Source: Octopus bimaculoides (Eukaryota). From it: DNA of 41,035 nucleotides. Below are positions 1 through 10,556 of the stretch, piece by piece. How positions within the stretch are numbered: position 1 is the first letter of the stretch; each line of letters opens with the position of its first letter. Location of the stretch: positions 70,108,335-70,149,369 of the forward strand of contig NC_068990.1 of NCBI RefSeq assembly GCF_001194135.2, read 5' to 3'. Below the pieces are notes generated by a model that worked only from the letters and a program-made list of their open reading frames with translations, was not told the origin of the DNA and did not search any database. Made by a program: the position numbers and the translations under genes.

Positions 1-91
1 ATATATATATATATATATATAGATATATATATATACATATATAGACATACATACACACAAACATACATACATACATACATACATACATACA

Positions 92-197
92 CCTGGAAAC
101 AGGTGAGAATTAATGACAGGAAGAGCATCCATGAATAGAAAATCTGTCTGGACAATTTTCATCTGACCTAAGTCAGCACTGAAAAGTGTACGTTAAA

Positions 198-231
<34 letters not shown>

Positions 232-240
232 CGATGACGA
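92..240 (+). mobile_element. Short retroposon 3' end with (ATG)n tail; related copies at ~5100-5320 and ~5860-5980
   Basis: Shared motif aacaggtgag..tgacaggaag.gcatcc...gaaaa....gttaaaatgatgatg recurs in the three places. Confidence 0.6.
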
Positions 241-1533
241 CAGTGGCGGCAACGATCATGATTCAAGCATCGATAAATAAATAGTATTGTAACGTTGAAA
301 TGTCTGGTCATATTCAAAGTTATTTTCTCTGTACCTTAAATGCCTAAGAAATCTGTTTAATTTTTATCTATATGTCTTGCTAGCTAGCTACATAGCTCCC
401 AATCTATCTGTTTATCTATCAAAGGAGAAAGAGAATTAATCAGTCACCTTCTCGTGCATACACTAACGTACATAGTTAAAATCAAGAGAGAATATCTAGT
501 TTATATCCACAACCAGCCTCTCTCTCTTGACTATTTACTTAGTGTTTCTAATTGAAAAATATTAAATTATGAGATTCACATAAACAAGTAAAATTATCCA
601 GAAACTGATAAATTTAGAAAAGATATAGAATATGTCTTCAATTGATTCTCATCTTGAACATTCTTCTCAGTCATATGCACATCAAATTATCAAAGCAATA
701 TTAATTAGTGAAACAAACAAATACTCATTTATTAAAAAGGAAAAAAATCTATTCAGTGATAAAAATTGAAGTGCTAAACTATCAAATGTAACGAGAGTTT
801 GGAAAGTAAACGTGAAGATAGTAATAAAGCCATCCAGACATTGGGTGGTCTATTAAAGTGTGTGTTATTGTTGTAACAGATAGCTGGGCTTTCCAGTTTA
901 TCTTCAAAGTTATTAACAGCTCTGCTTCTTTACAAATCTGTCAGAAGATCTTTTCCTTATAATTAATTTTTATTTATTTATTTATTTATTTAGTTTAAAG
1001 AGCAATGTGTGATATTTGTGTGGTATTCATACCAAAGCTTCATCCACAATAACTAAAATAAGAAACAAATATATGGCTAGTATCTGTTATTATATGAGAT
1101 TATCTTTAAAGAGATATGAATGTGAATAACCCCAATAATTAATTGTATTTCAATGAAACTCCATTAATTTAATTATTTGTTATCAGTTAATTTTTCTGGA
1201 GAATTCTTGAAAGACATGATAAGTCAACAAAGAATTGTTCAGTTTAGGTGTGACACATGGTTATATTTTCAGAAAAGAAGTTTTAATAAATTCATAATTA
1301 ACCCTCTTCTTACCATATTTTTGTTGAAATATAGTAGCTTTGTTTTAGTGAATTTTGAAAATAATGAAGAATTTATGAAAATAAATTTGCCATTACTAAG
1401 CTGGTGTTACAAATTTAAATGAGCAGGAAATTTTGATGAAGGATTTTCATTTTGGTTACTATAAAACAGGTTGAAATTTGGTTTTATGCCATGGGAAGTT
1501 GTGTATTTCACATTATCTTGTATGCTCTTTCAG

Positions 1534-1710
1534 GGAGATAAACTGATGCGACTTCCAAGTTTAACATACGACAAAAGGGATTTACTCCAGAGTTTAAGTT
1601 TAGTGACTGAAGGTCCCGAAGAACTAGTAGAAGCAGAAGATTATTTGATGCCACAGTCATCTCAAGTAGCAGCAGATGGCAATGGAGACAATAATAATGA
1701 TGGTACAAAG
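1534..1710 (+). CDS. EGFR: EGFR/ErbB receptor, first post-kinase exon (phase 0-0)
   Basis: Acceptor ctctttcag|GGA and donor AAG|gtaaga. Encodes GDKLMRLPSLTYDKRDLLQSLSLVTEGPEELVEAEDYLMPQ..., matching the EGFR segment just after the kinase (human GDERMHLPSP...VVDADEYLIPQ, from memory). Confidence 0.93.
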
Positions 1711-1885
1711 GTAAGAATTTAAAGTTTATTCTGAAATAGCATTTCACAGGATTACATTTTAGAGAATGTAAATTACTTTGGGGAAAAAAAAGTGAAAAAT
1801 GAAGTTACAAAAAATGGTAGGAACAGAATCAGGTTGTTGAGAGGGAAGGGAATGTCTTTAGTCTTCTTGGCTCTACATTGCGCAT

Positions 1886-1886
<1 letters not shown>

Positions 1887-1958
<72 letters not shown>
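1887..1958. repeat. (CA)n microsatellite; similar tracts at ~3620-3720, 9770-9800, 10430-10470, 38951-39016
   Basis: Seen directly in sequence. Confidence 0.97.
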
Positions 1959-1963
<5 letters not shown>

Positions 1964-2302
1964 AGTAAGTTCATTGCACTTTACTGTCTTCAGCTCATCA
2001 GGCTGGTTACTCATTTTCCATGTCATTTAAGTGATCAAGAACATGACATTCCTCCTGAATGGGACAGGAGTTCATTGCAGGGTTACTCGTTTATATCTAA
2101 GTAGACTGAAGCAACATGAAATAAAGTGCTTAGCTCAAGAACACAAATGCACAACACAGTCCAGGAATTAAAACCATCTTTTTTCAATCATCATATGTAC
2201 AACACCCTAATGACCTTCACATATGTATATTCCTACTAGTTACATATATAAGTATATGTACAGGTTTCCAATTCATAATGTCTGTCCAATTCATTTTTAC
2301 AG

Positions 2303-2519
2303 ATAGCTTCAGGAAATTCTCCAGAAGATGTCTTTCACCCAGATGTCGGCATTGAAAAACAAAATGAACTTGATAACAGACGTCGAGAAAAACGTTATGG
2401 CCATCTTGAATCAGCAGCAGCCGCTCGACATCAACGACAGATGGATCCCAATCGCGGCCATTTAGACAGCATTAATTCTCGTTATAGTACCGATCCTATT
2501 AAATATTCAAGAGACAGAG
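2303..2519 (+). CDS. EGFR: EGFR C-terminal tail exon (phase 0-1); not in the ORF track
   Basis: Acceptor tttttacag|ATA and donor GAG|gtatat. Open frame IASGNSPEDVFHPDVGIEKQNELDNRRREKRYGHLESAAAARHQRQMDPNRGHLDSINSRYSTDPIKYSRDR; RYSTDP corresponds to EGFR RYSSDP. Confidence 0.88.
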
Positions 2520-3034
2520 GTATATACACAGTATAAATATATATAAGCTATATTCACATAAATTATTTTATTTACTCTTTTTTTTTGTTTTTAGTCATCA
2601 GTGCTCCAGCATGGTCATTGCTCAGGAAAAAGAAACCTTTTCTCTGATCCTGAGTTTCCAGTGAACCAGACAAGATAGTGATAGCCAAGTTACTTTAAGG
2701 ATTAACACTCTTGTGCGAAAATATCTAATTGCCCTAATTTTTTTATAAAGGGGACCCCCTACATGATCTGCCTGTTAGAAATAATAGTAAAATCTTCTTA
2801 AAATATCTCTCAAACCACATTCTTCCACTTTGAAAAAGGTCACATTGGATCATGTATTCCTCAATACACAATATCCAAGCAAAGAACGGGCAGAATCTCA
2901 TTAATCATAGGTCTCTTTGAGTGGAGCTGGTCTAGGTTAAAACAACAACAACCCTTATTTTCTAACTAAATTATCTTTTTTGAACCTTAAATAATGTCTG
3001 GAAACATGTAAAAGCCTGTGAAAAATTTTATTTG

Positions 3035-3260
3035 ATATCATCATCAACATCATCTTATGTCCATTGTCCATGCTGGCATGGGTTGGACAGTTTGACCAGA
3101 GCTGGGGAGCTGCACTAGACTCCAGTCTGATTTGGCATGGTTTCTATAGCTGGATGCCCTTCCTAATGCAACCACTTTACAAAGTGTGCTCGGTGTTTTT
3201 ATGTGGTATCACATGGGCATTTTTACATGACACCACCACAAGTGTTTTACACCATTAGAG
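3035..3260 (-). mobile_element. RTE LINE 3'UTR copy (5'-truncated), antisense in an EGFR intron
   Basis: ccatgctggcatgggttggacagtttgac...gctggatgcccttcctaa matches the 3'UTR contiguous with the RTE ORF end at 10557-11460. Confidence 0.75.
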
Positions 3261-3656
3261 GGACCAGTCTTAACACTTCTTCTGTGGAGTACAGGTCTTT
3301 TTGAGTATAGCAGGATATATATATATAATAGAGAGAGAGGTGGGGATGGCATAGATAGATTAATAGATAACTAGGTAGGTATAGATATATATATCTGTTT
3401 AGTGTCGACTATTGGAGGAAAGAGTACTTGGTACCATAGCAGAGATTAATGATATTTCTTTTGGGCAAGTCAGTCTCTTGCTTATCTGGGTTTCATCCAT
3501 GGGTAGACAAGGTCTTCAGGCAAGTTCTTCAGACAAGTTCTTTACTTGACTGCCAATCCTGTGTATCAACAGATAAAACTCAGATTAGCAAAAGACTAAC
3601 TTGATCAACACAAACACCTTCACACACATACACGCATACACTCACTCACTCACTCA

Positions 3657-3722
<66 letters not shown>

Positions 3723-3791
3723 CATATGTATATGCTCTGTGGTATTATTGTGTATATCTGGCATGTGATAAAAAATTATCTTTTATTGTAG

Positions 3792-3956
3792 ATGATATCA
3801 TTGAAATTGATCCAAACCACATGATGGGAATTCAACCCAAACTGGCTCCTTCTGCACCATTCCATACCTCACGTCAGTTACCTGTTGATGAAGATGATTA
3901 CCTTCAACCAAAGTCAGTGAATCCAGCAGCCTACATTGATATTAATGGTAGCACAG
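3792..3956 (+). CDS. EGFR: EGFR C-terminal tail exon (165 nt, phase 1-1)
   Basis: Acceptor ttattgtag|AT and donor CAG|gtgtgt. Encodes DDIIEIDPNHMMGIQPKLAPSAPFHTSRQLPVDEDDYLQPKSVNPAAYIDINGST; LPVDEDDYL resembles protostome EGFR tails. Phases match both neighbours. Confidence 0.9.
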
Positions 3957-4229
3957 GTGTGTGGTTGCTCTATTTGTATTGTGTTTGTAAATGGGAGCTG
4001 CAATGTTAAGAAAGGATAGTAACAATAATTTGATATGAAGCAGAAACAGAGAGGGGGAGGGGGAGAGGGGATGAGAGAGAGAGACTAAGAGGTGATTAGG
4101 AGAGGGTAATAGAAGTGAAAAATATCACAATAAAGGTAAGTGGAAGGAGAGAAAAGAGAAAAAAAGAGCTTTAGATGGGCATTGAAGTAGGTTTTTTTGT
4201 ATGTTTTTTTTTTAATTTTACGAGCAACA

Positions 4230-4400
4230 TGAAGGTGTGTGCTCCAGTGGTTAGCATTTTAGGCTCACAATCATAAGGTTGTGAGTTTAATTCCTGCACT
4301 GAGTAGAATATTGTGTTCCTAAACAAGGTACATCATTTTATGCTATTCCAGTCTACTTATCTAAAAATGAATACCAGCTTATGGCTGGTGCAACCCTCTT
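4230..4400 (+). mobile_element. Degenerate tRNA-derived SINE (family of 34825-35140); other copies at ~2030-2200 (-) and ~16110-16330 (+)
   Basis: Head ...cagtggttagc...gtgagtttaattcctg and body similar to tgtgttcttgagcaag.cactt.atttcac. Confidence 0.55.
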
Positions 4401-4604
4401 TCCATCCAACTGCCATATCCTTGAAGTTCTGCTGAGATAAAGTCAGGAGACCCCAGGAGAATGTCTGCGTCTGTTCACAACTACTCAGGTACTTAAAACA
4501 ATTAGTGAAAGTGTGGTACAAACCACCAGGTCACACTCGCTTGCAAGTAATGGCTGTGGTTTTCAGTGAAGACTTGCCCACCACAACAGAATTGAGATGC
4601 TAAA

Positions 4605-4850
4605 ACCAAGGTGCCACATAAAAAGTATTAGTGTGTGTGCTGGTGCCACATAAAGAGTGCTGGTGATGGTGTCACATAAAAAGTACCCCCAGTACACTCT
4701 GTTGAGTGGGTGGCGTTAGGAAGGGTATCCAGCCATAGAAACCAAGCTAAAACAGACTATGGAACCAGGTGTGGCCCCTGGCTTTGCCAGTTCCTGTCAA
4801 GCCATTCAGCCCATGCCAGCGTGGAAAATATACGTTAAATGATGATGACG
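4605..4850 (+). mobile_element. RTE LINE 3'UTR copy with (ATG)n tail; another at ~5535-5720 (+)
   Basis: ggcgttaggaagggtatccagc.atagaaacc...cccatgccagcgtggaaaa...gttaaatgatgatg, the reverse complement of the 3035-3260 type. Confidence 0.75.
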
Positions 4851-6188
4851 ATGGTGGTAGTGGTGGTGGCAGCAGAGGAGGAGGAGGAGGAGAATTGTAG
4901 CTGTGGTCATTCTCAACAGAAATGAATGTGGGACAAAGGAAGAAATTTAACCTCAGAACTTTCCACCTAACTTATATACATGTAGCCCAAAGCTATGTAT
5001 TATTTCTAGGTCTTCGTCCCATAAGTACCCCAGTAGTGTCTTCCGTCATCTCAGTCCTCCATACATCATCATCATCGTCTGTGTGTGTGTGTGAGTGTAT
5101 ACCCTTGCCATGACATCATATGATGGTTGTAAATGGGCATTATCATCCTTTAAACAATATTGTTCATTTTCTAGTCTTACATATTAAATATGTCTGGCCA
5201 CTAGAAAACAAACTTACCTTGCTTGAAAATAGGTGAAGGCTGATGACAAGAAGAACATCTGATTGTAGAAAATTTGCTCCAACAAATTCCATCTGACCTA
5301 TGCAAGCATGGAAAATTAATGAGGAAGAGATGGACCAAGGAAGACGTGAGAAAAAAGGGTGAGAACGGGTCTACAAATGTTGAGACTCACAGAGGAGATG
5401 ACAGGGGACTGAAACTCATAGTGGTTTGCTGTGCTTGTAAATACATACCAAGCTAAGTAAGAGCGTGGTTGTCCTTGCATACCAGCTCGTCCCTTGTAAC
5501 CCTCTCCTGCTGAACATCCCTAATCTTGTGGGCTTGTAAGTGCTGGTGCCATGTAAAAAGCACCTGTACCAGTGCTGTGCAAAAGCACCCAGTACACTTT
5601 GTAAAGTGGTTGGCATTAGAAATGCCAAACGAGAGAGGGAGCCTAAACAGCCCTTAAGCTGCTCAGTTTCTGTCAAACTGTCCAACCCATGCCAGCATGG
5701 AAAACAGATTTTAAATGATGATGGTGGTGGTGGTGGTGATGATGATGTAGGTGGTGGTNNNNNNNNNNGTGGTGGTGGTGGTGGCAGCGATACTACAACT
5801 CTATTCAAACCAATAAGTGTGAACATCATAAAAATGATGTCTTTCATTTCCAATGTTTTGCGAAAACAACATCTGACTATGACTTCAAAACAGGTGAGGG
5901 TTGGTGACAGGAAGGGAATCCAGACGTAGACAGTCTACCTCTCTGTAAGCAGGGAAAAGGGACTATTAAAACAACAATGATAGTAGCAGTGCTGGTGGTT
6001 TATAATGAATTTAATATTTCACCCTCTTTATGATAATGTAATTAGTGTTTGAGATAAACTTTTAACTCTAATAACTTATTTACTTGTTGATTAGGTTAAT
6101 TCACAACATTAAATACCAACACAATTAAATATTAATTAACTCTAAAAGTAAAACCTCATTAATTATTATTGTTGCTATTGTTTTACAG

Positions 6189-6451
6189 ATTCTTACAAGA
6201 ATAATTATGAACCAACAAATGATGAATTAATGAAAGACATACTTGGAGCTACCACGATGGCTTCTGTAGAAAATCCTGAATATTTTGAACAGAACAATAG
6301 AAATGTTTCCATTCCTGGTGTTGGCAACAATTTTCCTTGGAAAGACGGAAATGGGGTTACATACTACAATGATATATCTAAATTGGACAAAACACATCAA
6401 GAATTTCAGCCTTTAATAATTGGTGATGTCAACTCAGAAACAAGAGTGTGA
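6189..6451 (+). CDS. EGFR: EGFR terminal coding exon
   Basis: Acceptor ttttacag|AT. Encodes DSYKNNYEPTNDELMKDILGATTMASVENPEYF...TYYNDISKLDKTHQEFQPLIIGDVNSETRV-stop (TGA 6449-6451). ENPEY, YYND, QPL and ETRV match the EGFR C-terminus; the four exons total 822 nt = 274 codons. Confidence 0.93.
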
Positions 6452-6784
6452 TTTATGATTGAAGACTTATGACTGTAGCCATTAGTAGTGGCCACATCAA
6501 CAAAATATTTTGTTCATGCTGACATTATCCCTAACCCCTTGATGTCAGTTATTTGAAGCCCTGTGTTTAGCAAACAAACTGGATGGGCAAATTAAAACTG
6601 GATTATACCATCAAGAATTGGCCAATTCTTAAATATAAATGGCATAATTTGAAAAACTATCATCCTTCCTCTTGCACTTGACAACCTGTATCAAGGTGGC
6701 GAGAGCTGTAGGGACTTGTTTGTAGATTTTGACTTTTTGTAGTAAAAGAATTAAAAATAACTAAAAAAAAAAAAATGAGAAAGT

Positions 6785-6866
6785 ATATATGGATATGTAT
6801 GTGTATGTGTATGGATGTATGTGTGTGTATGTGTATATGTTTATAAAAATATATATATATATGTAT

Positions 6867-6949
<83 letters not shown>

Positions 6950-7230
6950 TATGTATATATATATATGTGTATATATATCTGTGTGTGTATATATGTATGT
7001 ATATGTGTGTGTGTACATATATGTATATATGTGTGTGTATATGTATATGTGTGTATATATGTATATATATATGTGTGTGTGTGTATATATGTATATTATG
7101 TATGTATATATGTATATATATATATATGTGTGTGTATATATATGTATATGTGTGCATATATATATATGTGTATGTGTGTGTGTGTGCGCATGCGTGTATA
7201 TGCTTGTATGTGTGTGCTAGTTTGTATATA
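6785..7230. repeat. Compound (TA)n/(TG)n microsatellite, about 330 nt after the EGFR stop
   Basis: Seen directly; it produces the spurious YI/CV ORFs in the track. Confidence 0.95.
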
Positions 7231-7279
7231 AATTAAAGACTGAATGGAAATAAAATGGCAAACAGCTGAGACATTTACC

Positions 7280-7285
7280 AATAAA
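7280..7285 (+). terminator. Candidate EGFR polyadenylation signal (AATAAA; another at 7249-7254)
   Basis: AATAAA about 830 nt after the stop, followed by a U/GU-rich tract (tttggctttttgtc). AT-rich DNA gives such hexamers by chance. Confidence 0.3.
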
Positions 7286-7817
7286 CAGTGATTTGGCTTT
7301 TTGTCATAAGTGATAACATCAACAACAATAATGTAATAATAACGATAATTACAAAGGGTTTTTTGTTATTGATGGTTCTTCCACAACAATGTGAAATCAC
7401 GTGTAACAAAACTAATCAATGCATATTGCAAATAAATTTTCACCCCACCAGACCCACCTCAGGCAGATAACTGTCTTTGAGACAGTTCTGAAATAAAGTC
7501 TACCATATATAGAAACTCTGTAAATTATGTGGGAGAATGTACGAAAAAACAACAACAGACGAGGACAGGTGGTGTAAATTAATTTCTTACCAGTGGATGC
7601 CATTTTGAAACATTGAATTTAGGAGCCTGTTTTTTTTTTTTTTTTAATAAACACACAATTTATCCTTGTTATCAAAAGTAAATTATATCATTAAATTTCA
7701 TTCTCAAAAAGAAGCTAAATTCTGTGGTTACAGGAGGCACATACTTGTAAATTTACATTCTGTTTCTATTTACCTTTAAAAAATATTATTATTTAGTGCT
7801 TCTGTTAATCTTAATTC

Positions 7818-8305
7818 NNNNNNNNNNNNNNNNNNNNNNNNNNNNNNNNNNNNNNNNNNNNNNNNNNNNNNNNNNNNNNNNNNNNNNNNNNNNNNNNNNN
7901 NNNNNNNNNNNNNNNNNNNNNNNNNNNNNNNNNNNNNNNNNNNNNNNNNNNNNNNNNNNNNNNNNNNNNNNNNNNNNNNNNNNNNNNNNNNNNNNNNNNN
8001 NNNNNNNNNNNNNNNNNNNNNNNNNNNNNNNNNNNNNNNNNNNNNNNNNNNNNNNNNNNNNNNNNNNNNNNNNNNNNNNNNNNNNNNNNNNNNNNNNNNN
8101 NNNNNNNNNNNNNNNNNNNNNNNNNNNNNNNNNNNNNNNNNNNNNNNNNNNNNNNNNNNNNNNNNNNNNNNNNNNNNNNNNNNNNNNNNNNNNNNNNNNN
8201 NNNNNNNNNNNNNNNNNNNNNNNNNNNNNNNNNNNNNNNNNNNNNNNNNNNNNNNNNNNNNNNNNNNNNNNNNNNNNNNNNNNNNNNNNNNNNNNNNNNN
8301 NNNNN
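7818..8305. other. Assembly gap; others at 5759-5768, 8809-8818, 17844-18374, 21374-21477, 29552-30190, 31833-32752
   Basis: N runs, most abutting microsatellites. Confidence 0.99.
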
Positions 8306-8379
8306 NTATATATATATATATATATATAAGTATATATGTGTAAATATATAAGATCTTGTATGAGTGTGTATAGAAGATT

Positions 8380-8707
8380 ATATTAATCAATGAAATTCCA
8401 ACTTAGTCTGATTTTCCCATTTTATTATTTGCAATTTTTACAATTTTACAATATTGAAATAAACTTGTACTTTCATGTGTTATGCAATCATCAGGTTTAT
8501 GTAGTGACAATCGTGTTCCACAATTGACAACTGTTCCACAATTAACAGATGTCAATTGTGGAACAAGATTGTCACTACATCAACCTGATGATTGCGTAAT
8601 GCATGAAAGTACTAGTTTGTTTAAATATTGTAAAATTGTAAAATTATAAAAATTGCAAATAATAAAACTTGGAAATCTGACTGAGTTGGAATTTCATTAA
8701 TTAATAT
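8380..8707. mobile_element. About 330-bp foldback; each arm carries a minimal hammerhead-like motif (probably two inverted PLE pseudo-LTRs)
   Basis: 8380-8529 is the near-perfect reverse complement of 8550-8707. The spacer is itself a small hairpin (ctgtt-ccacaatt-aacag). Confidence 0.85.
8579..8620 (+). ncRNA. Minimal type I hammerhead-like ribozyme; mirror copy at 8459-8500 (-)
   Basis: AUCAAC-CUGAUGA-U(UGCG uaa UGCA)U-GAA-AGUACU-A^GUUUGU, with palindromic stem III and a CUA triplet. The mirror copy has a perfect stem I (AUAAAC/GUUUAU) but U16.1 is mutated. The pair at the base of stem II is a non-canonical U.U. Confidence 0.55.
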
Positions 8708-8767
8708 GTGTGTGTGTGTGTGTGAAACATTTTAAGAGGGAGATCTTCTTCAGGCACAAAATAAAAA

Positions 8768-8808
<41 letters not shown>

Positions 8809-8818
8809 NNNNNNNNNN

Positions 8819-8853
<35 letters not shown>

Positions 8854-9159
8854 GTACAGAAATGATTAAAGTAATACAATGAATCTTGAAATGACATAAT
8901 TTCCATAAAGGATTAGTCCACTGTATCTGTACATAGAGATCCCTTCAGTATGATGTCATATATAGGAGTCCTCCGGGTATCAGTATCTAACTAACTACAA
9001 CCCACCAATATCCATATATGGACTCTATCTAGCTCTACTATGATTTTTATACTTTTATATCCTTGGTTCACAAAACTACCAGACTACTCTTTTATACAAG
9101 ATTTTCTCAAATTTGAATATCAAAACGATTTTCTTAACTCACACACAAGAATAAACACG

Positions 9160-9214
<55 letters not shown>

Positions 9215-9348
9215 CTTAGACATTGCAAGACTAATAACCTGGTGCAGAGCTTAATATATGTATGCTTCAGAACAAAGTGTTAGACAAGTATAGAGCAGTA
9301 ATAAGAAAATGAGATGACAAAGGAATAAACAATTATTTTATGAATTTC

Positions 9349-9538
9349 ATTAACTTACAGCAGTTTCTGCTATAAGGTGCAGTAAACTCCTAGTTGAGTG
9401 CCTGAGTGACATCTTATAGCTTCATTGCAGCCAGAATGTAAAATTGCACTTCATATTTAATGAAGCTATAAGGTGTTATTCAGGCATTCAACTATGAGTC
9501 CACTGCATTTTATAGCAGAAGTTGTAATGTAAGTCAAT
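9349..9538. mobile_element. About 190-bp foldback with decayed hammerhead-like arms (long stem II)
   Basis: 9349-9426 is an imperfect reverse complement of 9459-9538. Each arm reads (..)AUGA-A-GCUAUAAG...UUAUAGC-A-GAA(A/G), with the CUGAUGA core degenerate. Confidence 0.65.
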
Positions 9539-9766
9539 CAAACTCCCTGGCACCTATACAGTTTACATATTTGCACATACTCACATGTACATTTAGATAT
9601 ATAAATGACTGCTAGCATTCATCTAAATAAATATTTAGTATTTTATCCAAAAGATATTGAGTTTTCTATTTAGATTGTCATAAAAAAAAAAACAAGCAAA
9701 TTCATTCATTCATACATACACATATACATACCTGCATGCATGCACTTACATACATATATATATACA

Positions 9767-9812
<46 letters not shown>

Positions 9813-9949
9813 AGCCAGTAATTACATGCTATTAATTGTAGCTTTTCTACATCATATCCTACTCTTAAAAACAAATTATTTCATGTATGTGCATGAGTGT
9901 ATGTGCATGTGTGCATGCATGCACATACACCCAACACAGCATATTGCTA

Positions 9950-10390
9950 TTTCTTAGGGTCTTTTAAGTTCTTCAGACCAGCCTTCAACACATCTATGTC
10001 TTCCATGATATTCCTCTTCCACAAATTTCTTTTATTTGGATTTTTTGACATTTTTTTACTCAATTCTTATCCTCCACATCAACCTCTTCTCCATGCTGCC
10101 TTTGCAGTCTTCTTTCTTGCACACAACAGCAGATTTTTTATGTACCTGTATATTTTGTCAATTCAATCTGTGCTGTTTTACAAGGGAAGGATGCTTGCCT
10201 TGTTTCTTTCCAACCTTTGCTCATCTCCCACATTTATTTTCCAGGTTTTATTATCATACAACATCGAACCTCATCTGAAAGCATCAGCCAATTTCTTCTT
10301 TAAACACAAAGAGAAACCCTTCATAACCAGGAAAGATAACAGCTCCCTTAAATTTTCCCGCACACATTCTTACTCTGCCCTCTAATTAGG
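9950..10390 (-). mobile_element. Decayed RTE LINE fragment (C-terminal region after RT)
   Basis: Minus-strand conceptual translation GKFKELLSFLVMKGFSLCLKKKLADAF..SMLYDNKTW..EQRLERNKASIL, with frameshifts. Confidence 0.7.
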
Positions 10391-10428
10391 TGTCACCTAA
10401 GCCTCTGTGTATCGTTCTCTCTCTTTCA

Positions 10429-10466
<38 letters not shown>

Positions 10467-10556
10467 ACACATGCAAACATTTTTGTGTATGTATACATTG
10501 TATATGTGTGTACAACACATTCACACAAATGCAAACGTATGTGTGTATATGTGACA

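Noticed and set aside
1177-1422. 81-aa ORF upstream of the first EGFR exon
   Set aside because: AT-rich intronic sequence with no kinase motifs and no consistent splice phase. The preceding kinase exon is not in the window.
6660-7281. Several long ORFs on both strands (YIYI/CVCV/HTHT)
   Set aside because: Translations of a TA/TG microsatellite. The same applies to 1773-2026, 17505-17823, 27959-28477, 31386-31601, 33197-33544, 33969-34242 and 35128-35355.
8383-8704. piggyBac/Kolobok-type MITE with TTAA target duplication
   Set aside because: The TTAA is part of the AT-rich palindrome itself, typical terminal nucleotides are absent, and the hammerhead-like motifs favour a PLE origin. Not fully excluded.
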